A stretch of 64,000 nt of DNA from contig CDRNST010000088.1 of the NCBI GenBank assembly GCA_977016875.1, positions 1,240,001 to 1,304,000 on the forward strand. The letters run 5' to 3'. The notes beneath the pieces were generated by a model. The model was given only the letters and a program-made list of their open reading frames with translations, ran no database searches and was not told the origin of the DNA. The number at the start of each line of letters is the position of its first letter. Position 1 is the first letter of the stretch. This stretch comes from Pavona decussata (lineage: Eukaryota). Made by a program: the position numbers and the translations under genes. This document shows, in pieces, positions 50,101 to 60,965 of the stretch.

Positions 50101-51570
50101 AAAATTTGTGGGGATAAAATGCAAAGCACTTGGATTAAACGCTAAATTAGACTCTGTCTTTGTTATTCTTACATTCACGCACGTCCGTTCTGTGCCTTTG
50201 TATATTGAGAAAAAATTAATTTTGCCTTTTGTCTACAACAACATTTGATTCCTTGGATTCAATATTTTTACCTGGAGTGTCAAGTGAGTGTGATTTGACC
50301 AAAGCATTTTAAAGGTCAAGCCTTTCAGTAAAACTTATTAATAACTGCACAGAGCTTTTTGATCTAAAACACAACACTTTTAAATACCAACATGTGCAAC
50401 ACAAAACACAGACAGGACGAGGTACATGTATCAATGCATTCAATTTGCACTTGGTTTAAAGAAGAAATGCATTTCACATTGAGTTAGTTAAGGCAGAAAA
50501 AAAAAACATTGGCATACTAAAGGGTGAAACAACTCCGTTGTTTTCATGCAATTGGAGAGTAGCAGCATTACGGTATTATCAATATACACTACAGGCTTAT
50601 GTTATTACATGGATTTCTGCACGATTTGGTTCAAAAACGAATTAAAAAGGAATCTTAAGACCTTAATCCACTGAAAACTGAACTCAACTTTAAAGAAAGA
50701 TGAATCTACAAAAGCAGAATGCGATGCCTTTAGGATTTCCTATTAATTATACAATCTCCCAGCTGGGACAAATTGTAAACAAATGTGAAATATATAAGCT
50801 CAATGATGCTATCATTGACTCGACTAAAATCCACAACTACTTTTTTAATCACTTCGATGTACACGTTTTGATCCTAATTTCTAGTGATCTGATACTACTC
50901 TTTTAGGAATACAAGTATCTAAAGGAAATCGAGGGACCACAATCTCAGATCAGCTATCTCAACTGGTTATGAAATGAAACTTAAGACTTATATAAAGCTT
51001 ACAAATGTACTTCAACCGCCACAAGTAAACCGAAAAAATGAACTGGTAATTTGCACTTCTCTTATATTAATATGCCTTTGATCAGTGGATAGAATTCGTT
51101 GAACTGCACTAACACCTTCAGAAAAATATCGTAAAAATTGAGCTTTTCCAGATGCGAAAAATCTGATAAACCTCGAAAATTAAATTGACGCGATCGTCAT
51201 TCCGATAAGTCAAAATGCATGGGTTTTTAAACAACCCGAAGATACCACAAAGGCCAAAAAACTAACCAAAACATCGCCTGGTTAGCTAGAGACGATGTCG
51301 GGAATTCTAATCTGAATAAACAGTTCACTTAAAAACAATAAAAGCGCTCATCGAGTCAAGAGCGTAAAAACATTTTTTCGAATCGGAAATGCCCGCCGAA
51401 ACACCCACAGTGCTAAAAATAAGGTATGGTGCAAGATTTACTCACATGTACAACACCAAAAGAACGACATCTGCAGTGCGGAACAACTCTCCAAAGGAAT
51501 TAATGAACAAATCGACGAAAAGAAACAAGAGTTGGAGGTAAACTACGAAGCAAAACCGTGAAACTTTCAT
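35157..51570 (-). CDS. TMEM138: Transmembrane protein 138 (ciliary), 4 coding exons, 160 aa
   Basis: Exons 51570-51446, 39477-39306, 36026-35951 and 35266-35157, all GT-AG and phase-compatible (483 nt). Product [64 protein letters not shown] matches recalled TMEM138 motifs. Confidence 0.95.
37150..37232. mobile_element. 83-bp palindromic mini-MITE with 11-bp TSD
   Basis: TAGCCTGCGAGCAAGCTCTC...GAGAGCTTGCTCCCAGGCTA flanked by CCAAATAGATA twice. Confidence 0.85.
37478..37954. mobile_element. MITE with G/C-run termini, internal TCTTAAAC(A/G)GGG repeats and a ~46-bp tandem duplication
   Basis: CCCGGGG.AGGGGTACTCCCTTATGTGACCTTAACGGGGACGT occurs twice; poly-C end. Confidence 0.55.
38170..38281. 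repeat. ~21-bp minisatellite (CACTC.GGTTAGCCTAAA), about 5 copies
   Basis: Seen directly. Confidence 0.75.
39740..40242 (+). mobile_element. L1/Tx1-type LINE 3' fragment with A-tail and 11-bp TSD
   Basis: [15 protein letters not shown]...F..FK..YQIEHYI remnant; AACTAGGAATA at 39729-39739 and 40243-40253. Confidence 0.7.
40374..41175 (-). repeat. 3' LTR (U5 end clipped by 7 bp)
   Basis: Near-identical to 47831-48632. Confidence 0.95.
41262..47345 (-). CDS. BEL/Pao gag-pol polyprotein, intact (2027 aa)
   Basis: Three Cys/His knuckles, protease LDTQSD, RT (DVEKMF, FGATSSP, YVDD), Pao RNase H (FSDAS, WTDS, NPAD), integrase (HHCC, DCFGP, SDQGSNF, GVWER), in PR-RT-RH-IN order. Confidence 0.97.
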   Translation of the reverse strand: MSDSEIPVEEPLSLSVDKENGDKSVLTDSIESQHEEHPRSTRERTLTEKGQAYQECRREEKEKEEDRLLKKFNGVYETWKKEVTVIETFLASEAPTSQGEKDERISNLQTHCENVHKVYEKLRQIRLPRQEILRMVDTCDAETRNLQHQIDRQSFRKEQSRNGEDKRSVYSKASARSRASRSSRASSIDLKKADAAAELAAKQAEFDALQEEAKYKEETAKMEAQLKEETAKMEAQFRAETAKMENELARRKLELEQMEVKKQIEIARARLMVYEEVEQPEDDADSIEDHILHTPPTLQTNRETTPTSFPQPIPIKDSTTVVNAPRPLSQSNQHSQQVNQLYLFDESNQLPHGQVDQRRSSDCQDSTPKADGTAAIITAITDSISLSRLPVPEPTVFSGEPIQYPDWKSCFHALIDRKALPPSDKMYYLKRYVGGAAREAISGLFLQNSSEAYERAWSILDERFGHPFIITKAYRDKLQRWPKIGARDHQGLRKFADFLSSVLTAMQVIQGLNVLNDYIENQKLLVKLPDWFIARWNREANKHLKEHKTYPDFKAFVTFVTSEADLVCNPISSCNAVKELEMSDNVHKGQRNKDIKGNKTIFSAKTTEENLKEPKGDLRQQVECTFCKKTDHHLDACLKFKTEALEKRLEFIKENRLCFGCLRKGHASKDCRKRLTCSMCKKKHPTCLHENRSAPEKKEDRSDSESRSVPKSTSYTSQGVSTTSTSMIVPVWLSSSSRPDKELLVYAILDTQSDATFILKETCDELGAETEPTKLRLSTITSQELLVNSEKVLSLQVRGYNSDLKIPIPTAYTRTVIPTDEGHIPTKSTAKRWDHLRAIEDDMQDLLDCNVGLLIGYDCSQALTPREVIASKSNEPYGIRTDLGWSIVGTANVNSGRSFCHRVAVKEVPVVTMGEVIRVLESDFHEKKDGKMTSQEDLQFLKIMEEGIKRADSGHYEMPLPFKERPLLPDNRSTALTRLEHLKRRFLKDVKYKEDYIKFMNEILSRGDAEEAPAADREDVKWYIPHHGVYHPKKNKIRVVFDCSAKCKGTSLNDHLLSGPDLTNNLIGVLCRFRRYPYAITCDVEKMFHQFVVHKEDRDYLRFLWWPNGDVSQEPKEHRMKVHLFGATSSPGCASYAFKYMANQEKEVHPAAAQFMTHDFYVDDGLASVQSVEQAKGLIQGAREICKSGGLRLHKFVSNDRSVLESVPKSERAVDIKLDLPSEQLPIERVLGVQWSVELDCFGFSIVLKDQPLTRRGVLSTVASVYDPLGFLAPLVLRAKKILQEVCQKGISWDDPLPEELRPRWEQWKIDLLRLRELKIPRCFEPKMTGQRKTYELHNFSDASTFGYGQCSYLRVKDEDDNVNVALVMGKSRVAPSKITTIPRLELTAAVVAAKIGVMLKEELNYASLKQYFWTDSKVVLGYINNEAKRFHTFVANRVQMIRSNTDPKEWRYIDTKSNPADHASRGVSVLELMGSDWFSGPAFLWEKEISLGEEGIPAIQIGDPEVRSTVLATTTKSSFSLVDCMTRFSDWAKAVGVVSYLKRLSNKNKPKTVITSVAERQEAEILIFKEVQRTAFEDEIRRLSNQGENCRLIKNSPLLKLDPFLDDHGLLRVGGRLEKSTLPFELKHPIILPRSSHITDLIIGHFHKKVRHQGKGMTMNEIRSNGLWVLGLSAAVSSHIHKCVRCRRQRRSTEGQKMAVLPQERVESTPPFTYCGMDCFGPFIVKEGRKDLKRYGVIFTCMSSRAVHIEELDDMTTDAFINALRCFIAIRGPVQQLRSDQGSNFVGARNELASALKELDGDKIQSYLTKNRCDFVMNVPYSSHRGGVWERQMRTTRSILNDILTDFKGRLDTSSLRTFFYEVMAIINSRPLTCQTLNDPKSLEPLTPNHLLTMKNTLISPPPGNFVQEDIYARKRWRKVQYLAEQFWGRWRKEYLLTLNSRQKWSVPRRNLKIGDIVIVQHETSRNEWPLGKIMDTTPDKDGLVRSVRIKLGVKGSEKERNNSQSSVIERPIQKVVLLLEGADPN
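47824..48632 (-). repeat. 5' LTR
   Basis: TGTAGCT...AGCGACA on the minus strand; ATTAAA at 47882-47877. Confidence 0.95.
48633..48860 (-). mobile_element. Old tRNA-derived SINE split by the LINE and BEL insertions (other parts ~39700-39739 and 40243-40373)
   Basis: Degenerate A/B-box head near 48800-48860; body continuous across both insertion junctions. Confidence 0.55.
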
Positions 51571-52501
51571 CCTTTGTCAACCATGTTTGTTTGAACTCTT
51601 TGACAGAATGAATCCGCTGACAGAAGCTGTCTTCTTCTTCTCATTGTGTACTGGGAACTAGTGGTGGGAACGCCTGGCAGAAAACAACCATCAGTTGTTG
51701 AATGTTGTTGTTTTTTAATGTTTTTTTTAAATTTATCTTTTATTGTATTTATTTACTAATTTACTTGTTATTCATTATTGATGTTCTATAAAGCATGAGA
51801 GATATGATCCTGTTTTATCCAGTCGTGAAACTTAAAATCCAACGAGTTTACGTTTAGTCCATTTTTGGCCATATCATTCGTATAAATAAAATTTCCTGAA
51901 TGTTTATTTTTTTTTTTGACAAATAATTATGATGCATTCTAATTTCAAACTTTGCTAAATTTATTCCAAGGACTGAGGGTAGGGAATTGGATAAGATACT
52001 ACGAGCGCTGTTATTGGTTGAAAAGCCGTCAAATATTTCCTTGACAGAATTCAAATCAATTACATTTGAAAAACATTTTCTTTGAGCTTGTATTTCAAGA
52101 CCATTTCTTGTTTTCTCAAACTTCTACTCATTTCACGACAGCTCCATCGAACACCCAAACCTTTTTCTTAATTGCGTCGACTAAGGAGACGCTTCCTAAT
52201 CGAGTCGTCCCAATACTGTCCATCATCAGGAGCTTATGACCTGCCATCATGCCCAGCGCGCGTGTTCCTTAGCGCAAAAAATCGAGAAAATATGTCGGTG
52301 CAAAATCGCACCGTCACAATAGCATAATGAATATGACAGCCCATTATGCCCAGCGCGTTTCGTACCCAGTGCCTACCGCTGTAAATGTTCAGCGGCAGCA
52401 GCCCACCGCTGTAAATGTTCCTAAGCGCGAGTAATCGAGAAAAAAGGTTGTATATCGGATAGGATTGTATATCGGATGGGATTGATATAAAAATAGATAT
52501 T

Positions 52502-53048
52502 AACTAGTAGTAATCGAAGATTATAGTGCGTCGACTTAGGCCCCTAGGCTTCTAACTGGGTTGCATAAATCATGTTAAGATTACAGGAACCTGTAAGTAT
52601 AGTTGCAAAACATTAGGTTATTGTCTGGGGACAATTGTCAACAGCCGTTAGAAACGTTTTATGCTACCTGTCCCAGGTGTTCATAGGGCATCCTACCAAG
52701 GATGCGGCGGATATTTCAGAAAGAAAAGGATCTTACCTTGTCTTGTACTTTTCGTTTTGTACTTCTCGCAGCGAAACCACGAGGAACGGTACGAAACGCG
52801 CGCGGGACGTCAAGATGCTATTGTGACGTTTTTATAATGAACGGTGAAAGAAAAGTTCCTCAGAGATGCATGACATGTCCACACTGAAGAAACGTCTATG
52901 TTTTTTAAAAGCATTTTTGACACCTTTTGATATTTATTTTATAACAATTTAATTTACAGGTTCCTGCAATCTTAACATGATTTATGCAACCCAGTTAGAA
53001 GCCTAGGGGCCTTAGTCGACGCACTATAATCTTCGATTACTACTAGTT
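52502..53048. mobile_element. Fold-back element with ~94-bp near-perfect TIRs
   Basis: ACTAGTAGTAATCGAAG...CCTGTAA / TTACAGG...CTTCGATTACTACTAGT; no clear TSD. Confidence 0.85.
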
Positions 53049-53330
53049 TTAATTATAATCACTTTCATCAGGCTCTGTGATGTCATCATGATTTAATTTT
53101 TTATTAGTTTTTTCTCAATGATCATAAATGAACATGCCATGTTATAATTCAGGGAGCAGCGAGGTACAAATTTCTCCTACCTTTTTATCTTCAGATCTTC
53201 TCACACCATCAGTTCCAAGACGAACCACTTTTTCTTCTTTGGGGTAAGTTTAATTAGAACGTACAGAAAAGACTCCGTGAACTGGAGCGCGCGCAGATAT
53301 CTACAACCTCTTAAAATGTCGCACATATTG

Positions 53331-53365
<35 letters not shown>

Positions 53366-54809
53366 GTTTGTGTTTGTCTTTCTGCTGCTTAGCAGCTAGA
53401 GCTACAACAGACCTGCAAGCGGGTTATAGGTTCGACTTATCGTTTTTAAAATTTGTACTCAGAAGCTAAGCTTATCAGAGGTTTTTCTAGTCCTATGCTC
53501 GTGACAAACTCAATATAGATACTTAGTTTCTTACAATTTAAAAACGTGATAGACCACCGCATTTGTATAATTTTGAACGCAACTAAGCAGTTGCGAAAAC
53601 AAAAAATATCCAGGCTTGAACAGGACTCAAGCCTTACATTGCTGCAGTCAGATGTATTTACAACAAACAAGTAAAGTAAAATTTAATCAAACTGCTTGAT
53701 ATAAGTACAATATTACTTTAGATAAATTATTTGCCAATACGTCTTATCCACATGAGCCATTAGCCTGTAAGAGCAGATGTCTTTTGCTACGTGTTAAACA
53801 AGAGCAGCAAAAAGCGACTGCTTTCGCAGCCTAATCGGCCGCGTGCACATCGTCTTCCTGTAGAAGGTACTAGCGATATCTTGTGACTATCGAAACATTA
53901 TACATGATTGGGAGTAAAGGGCGACATGGTTAGTACTTGCAACTTAAATTTGACCTCCTGGGAAGAAAAACGGGTCTTTCCCCTGTTCCTAGCCAGTAAT
54001 TTTGTTTGAAAAGGCTGTGTCAGAACGATGGCGACAGCATTGCTGGAACTTCTTCGTAGTAGTGTACTGCAAAACATTTAAAACTAGTCTTCACTTTTCC
54101 TAAAGCTCTTAGGAAGACTTGGTGTTGTGAGAAAAATCACATTGCGAGCGGTCGGGAAATAGATTCATTATAAACAATTTGCCTTTCACAACACCGAGAG
54201 ATAAAGTTGCAAGTGATAACTCGCTAAAATGGCCTCAAATCAGCACAAAATAACAAACAGACAATAGGCAATACACCTTAGAAGCAAGGCATGTCATTTT
54301 TATTAAGAAATGTCCAATATTTTTACCTCCTTAACCTGATCGTAAGTATTCCCATACAAACTCTTATGTTTGCGCCCTGACCGCTATTACGCAAGATGAT
54401 CTTGAGCTTGGGCGGCCTGTGCTATAATAAGACATGTGAATTTTGAAGTAAAAGGTTCGGATGACTTGGATTCTTAGCCGGTTCATTTCTATATGGAGTT
54501 CTTTGCACCTATAGGGTCACCTATCAGTACTGTAAACCGAAGGTTTCCAAGACACACGCTATTATAACTATATGTACTTTTACAGGGTCTTCCAAAGGCC
54601 AAATAATGTGACGGGATGGGGTACGGAAGACACCAAATATGGAGGTATAGGAAAGCTGCCTGTCTTTCCCCAGGGCCCCGCTGTCGTTACAGACATCGTT
54701 AAAAGTCGCAGCCACAGACATTACTCCAGTGGCGTGAATAACTAGTAAGAATTCTCTTTTTTATTTTGCCTTACGTCCTTTACATCATGTATTATTACGT
54801 TTTCACAAA

Positions 54810-55320
54810 ACTCATTTATTTTAAGAGGCAAGGAGATCTTAAGCAAGCTCTGTTGGGCTTTTGTAAAGATCCCCCGTAATTAGTTATTACATAGTAGTGG
54901 GCGTCAAGAAAAGGATGGAATACTTATCATTAAATTAACAAGATTGTCCAAGCTTATGCATGTATCTTATTATTGTTTCTGATATTAACTTAAGATAATT
55001 GGTTTTGAATATACAATTTCAGTGATTTTTTAAAAGTTCTATATGATTTTGATTCCTTTAGAACAGCCGGTAAGCTGTTCCATACGACTGCTCCTCTGTA
55101 CTTAAGAGAAAATTTACCATATTTGTCCGTTTATAAGTAATGTGTATATTTGATGCTGATCGTGTATTGTACGTATGAATTTTATCATTTGTTGTGAAAT
55201 AGTCTTTGTAGAACATTGGTAAGCTATCATGAAAATAAGAGTACATGAATAGAGCTGTGAAAAATAAGTTCAGTTGATATATATTTAATAACTTAAGAGA
55301 CATAATATTTTGATCATCAT
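54810..55320 (-). mobile_element. CR1-like LINE 3' fragment
   Basis: LKLLNIYQLN..FMY..LP..F..N..IHTYNTRS..RTN, then a frameshifted KYRGAVVWNSLP; 3' stem-loop and AATAAA tail. Confidence 0.75.
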
Positions 55321-55581
55321 TCAGAAGAAAAGGCCATGTAAGGAACTCAGGATAAGCTAGTAAACAGGGTCCCCAGTAGGCTTCTCAGATCTCGCCTTGT
55401 CGCCTATTTTTCTCGTTAAAGTCACCATCCCGCTCTTCTTTCGTTGAAATCTTTCTTTCTAAGCAGCATGTTTGCTCCCCTGGATCCAAGGTTACAAAAT
55501 GTTCCAATTCATTCTCGTCGATTCCCCCGCATTACCGTACAAGTGATGTATATTTTCTCTCCGTCTCATGATATCTGAAGG

Positions 55582-58500
55582 ATGTCCCCTGTAGAATCAA
55601 TAGTTAATTCAATAGATAATGATTCTCTAGCAAAAGAGCCACTGCGGTCACGTTTATTCTTAGACATGTAAGTGACGTCAAAACGAGAGAATGGGTTAGA
55701 ACAATAAGAAGTTTAGGGAAACTGTAGTGTTTTTAAATTTGTTTCGATTCAAAATGAAATACTTCAAAGCGAAAATAAAATGATTTTAAAAGTGACTTGG
55801 AGTGAAAAGTATTTCATAAGTTATAAGATTTCTTCAATACTTCGTTTAAAACATTAACATGTTATTTTATGTCGTTGACGGCTCTTTCTCTTTGCAACGT
55901 CACTTTGTAGTTGATTTGAGTCTGAATCATTCTGCACAAACAAGTGAAATGACCGCAATGGCACTCATTAAAAATTACCAATAAGTCACAGCTTAAAGTA
56001 CTATCTCTTCCAGTCGAATGATTCACACCCAAAAACACTCTCAGTTCATATCCGTGTAGTAATGTCCTGGTAGACTGCCCCTGCAGACAACACCTTCGTT
56101 CCAATCAGGTGAAGCGAAAGCAGCTATCACCCTAATCTGTAGTTGTTATTCATTATTGATAACTCAGCAATTAATTACTATGCACTCTTATTGGAGGGGT
56201 AGCCAATCGGACGCTATAAAGAACTGCCAGAAAGACATTTCCAGGTCTTAACTATTTAAATCTAATCAACTTGCACTTGTTTACCTGCAATCACACCGTA
56301 CCACCACAGGTTGTTGTCTCTCAGTACAAAAATTGCGCTCTTTAATATCATTTGGATGGTCATAAATGAAATAAACAACTGCCTGACTTGCATGTGTACT
56401 ACAGATGATAATGCCCTTGGCTAGAAGATTGCCCACACGATTGTACAGTTGCCCTAGAAGCTTCACTTCTCGACCAACCGTCCAGTTTTCAGACAGTCTT
56501 TTAGCCCTGAGCATTAACCTCCAATACCCTAGCCACCTGATGGGTTTAGAGCGGTTTATTTACAGAACAAAGAGCCCCTTATGGCATGAGCAAGCGGCCC
56601 ACGCTCTGATTGGTCTCTCATTAGTAGGCTAACAGCTCGTATCCTAGGAGAGTAGAGAAGTCACGTGAGCCGATGAACACAAGATTTCGAGGCATAACTG
56701 TTAAGTGTCTTTTCATCTTTTCTAGCGGTAACGCTTGTAGTCAACCCTACGCTGTAACATCACTGTCCCTCAGCGCCTGCAGGACCAATGATCAGCTGTA
56801 AGTACTGTTATCATTCCTTGCTTATGACGATTTCCAAAGAGAATTAAGCCTCAATTTGGAAAAAAATGCCATGTATTTTCATGTATTTTAAAGATTTTTA
56901 GAGTTATTGCTGCTTAGTTATCTCTGAAAAATGCGTGCTTACCGCCGATTTCTTCATCCGTTTCAGTAGCCCTTCCTAAGACCCGCTTTCGCATAAAGTA
57001 AAAAACCATGCAAAAATACTTCTTTACTAGGAGGCACCGTCCTTAATGAGTCAAGTGACGCAATATGCTCTTACTATTAAAATTGGGGCAAATCTGAAGA
57101 AGATATTCCCTATAATCGTTACAACTGGAACAAACTAAGAAGTCAACATTCTACGCGAGCAGCTTCCAGTGAAAATATTTAAGGACAACAAACTTAATAA
57201 CCGTTTATTTTTAGTGTATATGGTATGTTACTGGCAGACGGTTATATTCTGGATTGTGGATGGGGTTAACAGGAGCACTATGCTTCGCTTGTTTAGAAAA
57301 AGAAAAAATACAATTATTGCTTCTTGAATGATAAACTGAAGTTATCCCAAATTCTGCTCTATCATAAACCGCTTGTTATCTCGAAGACTTTTTCCTTAGA
57401 TATTGCGTTATACAGCAATTTAGTACTCGTTAATTAATTATTTTGCGAACCTCGCTATCTTGAACACGATTCCTTCCCTTGGATATCGTTCTGCATGCAG
57501 TTTTTACAGTAATTTGAGTGTTTACGCACACTTATAACAGAAATCATGGCTACTCATAACCAATCAGATTCCAGAATTTTTTATAGTCAGTCATTTAACG
57601 AAAATATACTTCTTTTCACTTGCAGATTACCGTCTTCCTTGAATACCCAGTAAGTACCCCCAGGTTCCTGAATACTAATTTATGGATCCGCAACACGTGC
57701 ATACACTTAACATACCGTGACTTGAAAACATACAAAATAAAGGCTGTAAATCGCAAATATGGTATTTTAATATTGATATATCCAATGTTCATGACCGTAG
57801 GATAAACATTTTTATCATAGCCAAGAAAAACAGAAATTGTGTCCGACGTAATTCAATAATGACCTTTTTTTTCAATTTCTCTATTTCCAACAAAATGCGT
57901 TGAATTTAACAACTCGCTTTGTTTATACTTAAACTGTTATTTTATTTTACAGGCATGAGAAATTAGACGAGCCATGGCCTGGGCATGCCTACACGTCACA
58001 TATTTGTCGATTTGATGTTTTCCCAAGATTTGATCCTGAGCGCACGAAATTCAATGGTGAGATAATAAAACTACGAGATGAGTGAGACATAAATTATACT
58101 TGAGATCAAATCTATCCAAATAAGTATAAAATAGCCTAGCAGATATTCTTAGCTACTTACCAACATTCTGGTCAAAAAAAATTAACCGTTTGCACCCACA
58201 AAGGTAACACTACAGAGATGGCAGAACTGGTGTACAGTGTGCGCCGCGCCTGATTTCGTATACAGCCAAGTGCTAATATATCTAATATATAATATATAGA
58301 GGGGATTGCTTTGTCGATTTCAGTCCAGTTTCAGCAAGTTGTAAAGTAACTGAGTTGGCTGTAAAATCTCAGTGACTGTAGACTGAGATCAGTTTTTAAC
58401 CTCAAGGTTTTATTCTTATTTTAGTTCCTTGTCGGCAAAAACTTAAACAGGTGAGTTGGTTATCTTGGGGTATTTTAAAGATAATTATGACTTTCGCATT

Positions 58501-60508
58501 TATGAATGAATGGTGAGCGTTAATATGAAGCGAAGGGCGATTAAACAGACTTCTAAAAAGAGACGATCAACCAGACGTATTCCCACGGCATTAATGATGC
58601 AGTGATTTTAGAGTCAAGGAGAAATTTTTCCTGAAAATCTGTATATGGAGCTTTGTACCACGTAACTTGATTATAATCATCGTCCACACGATGTCCGAAT
58701 GTCGAATTCAAACCCTTAAAGGAATCAAAATACTGATGCACCGAGTCAGAATTTTATACTTAACTTGTGGTTAACAATTAAATCGGAGTGATCCTTTACT
58801 TTTGCTTTGATATAGCTACCTGTTCTGAGCTGTAAGTTTCAACAATCTCAGTATACTGTAACAGAAAGGACCTCGCTGACTTGACTGATCTTTGCTTTTC
58901 CTTAGAAACTATCTTCCGCAACAAAAGAAGCGCTGGAGCAACTATCAAACAAAATTTATCGCACCTCAGTTTACCAAGACACCACAAAGGAAACAAGACG
59001 CAGTCCAGTTCAAGTGGAAGAAGACTTGGTGGACAAGCTTACGAAATTAAACAAAGAAGACACTGAGTCATGTATACTTGAAAACTGGGAGGTGAATGAC
59101 CTGGACGAAATCAAGAAAATCGACTCAGGTGAAGACGATGATGAAGAGGCGGAAGTAAGCAATGAACTTTCATTCAGTTTTTCTGTATTTTACCTTAAGA
59201 ATTGTTTAATTATAGAAAAAGAAACTCGAATTTTCTCTCCCAATTTCTGACAAGCAGGCAGACTAGCAACGGTTTCCAACTGACTTCCCAGCAATTATAA
59301 TTTGATGAATTATTGGTACCAGTCTTTATCAGTTGATACTACAATAATGGTATAAAACAAATGCTTAATAATTTGGTAAACAAGTTATGGTCCGTTTTTG
59401 TTTACAAAATGGGTTACTATACCAACAGCTTAACGTGTTAAAACACCCCTAATTTTAGCTTTAAGTAGTTATAACTCAAAAAGGACCTCAGTGTCCCCCA
59501 TTTTTAATTAGGAACTGTAATCAGTATGTTCAGAAACCACTTTTTGCAGGAAAGCCGGTTCAGAACCACCTTAACCTTTTGTTTGCCTTACCCCCTTAAG
59601 AAAACGTAACGGACTACACGTAGTCCAGTAGCTCCTCATCAACATGAGGAGCTACACGAGTTGCATGCCTAGGCATGTAACTCATCGTATTTTAGGATTC
59701 TATTTTTTGCGTTTGTAGTCTTCATTCTCACCACGTTTACAGCGATTTCTTTTGTATGCCACTCTTCAAGGTTCAAAAGATTTTAAGTCAAATTCAAGCA
59801 TAATCAACACTACCACGACGCCTTGACTCTAATTTGTGACACCCTTAAACTTTGACTCAAACTAAACTTTTGAAATATGTTGAACTGACTACCAAGTAAA
59901 TTAAGCTTCAAAAACACCTTGATATTTTACTGTTTCAGGAAGACCTCGTAAAGGACGAAGCTAAGAACGTAAAGAACCTCGCAGATGAGGACTCAGCGGT
60001 GTGGCCCATTTGGCCAGTTGGACTCAATAACATGCGCAAAACTCCACTGAATTACCCCAAGATACCGCTGCCCACTTACACTGTGCAGGACTTTGCAAGG
60101 AGAAATCGTTTACAAGATCAAGACGCCACGGAAAACGCCAAAAGGGTTGCGGAGAAATACAGCTTGCCAAAACGTAACTCCACTGGAAAAACTAACTATG
60201 AAAATAGCGTTAAAATTACCAGCAAATACATTCCTGTTCTAACAGCATATAACTCAGACACTTTAGAACTTAGAAATTCAAAATATGTGAAGTTTACCAA
60301 TCTAGAACACAAGAACTTAAACGAAATGAGTCGTCTTCGTGTTGGTCTTGTCCCAGTAAAGCATTTAGCTGGAGTTGACTATGTAAGGCTTCCCATGATT
60401 CCACAAGAAAAGACAGCAGCACAATACCAGAAGACACTAGGAGCAAATAAGTATTGCGCCACTGGCATGCTGGGAGTGCGTTTCAAAACTGAAGCACACA
60501 AAAGGTAA
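55582..60508 (+). CDS. Uncharacterised 376-aa protein with a C7orf31/SPMIP4-like N-terminal motif, 7 exons
   Basis: Exons 55582-55667, 56726-56797, 57626-57649, 57953-58056, 58425-58450, 58906-59154 and 59939-60508, all GT-AG, giving one open 1131-nt frame. AATAAA at ~60527. Exon 1 is the least certain. Confidence 0.7.
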
Positions 60509-60761
60509 TGGGGTCACAAAATAGTCAATAAAATTTTTCCTGATGCTATAAATCAGTCCTCAAGAAAAATCTGAAATGGTTAAAATTAAATTAATTTTCT
60601 CGTGATAGGCTAAATATAGTCCCTGACTGTGAAATCAGCCTTGATCTTTTTTGGGTCATTTGTTCTACAATTTGTTACTGATTAGATCCTTTACTACAGG
60701 ATCCGGTACTTTTCTGTTGTCGCGGTGGTCCTTCCAAACAGTTACTGGAATCTAGTTTAAT

Positions 60762-60805
60762 TAGCCTTCCGCCCCCCACCCCCAAGAGAGCTTGCTCGCA
60801 GGCTA
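60762..60805. mobile_element. 44-bp deleted TAGCCT..AGGCTA mini-MITE with 8-bp TSD, inserted in a family B repeat
   Basis: AGTTTAAT at 60754-60761 and 60806-60813; same family as 37150. Confidence 0.7.
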
Positions 60806-60965
60806 AGTTTAATGGCCTTAGCTCCCACGAGTCTCCTGTAGCTCAGTGGTAGAGCATCCGAACTAGTAATCAGAAAGTCGTAGGTTCGACTCCTGAAAGA
60901 AGAACTCTGGTTTTCTTTTTGCGAGTATGCCTGTGTCACTAACTGAAAAAAATACATCACTCTCA
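60806..60965 (+). mobile_element. Family B tRNA-derived repeat, 5'-truncated copy
   Basis: Aligns with 1166-1324 and has the same 3' end (..CTCA). Confidence 0.8.

Noticed and set aside
57953-59154. Apparent overlapping or bicistronic frames
   Set aside because: The 26-nt micro-exon at 58425-58450 joins them into one frame.
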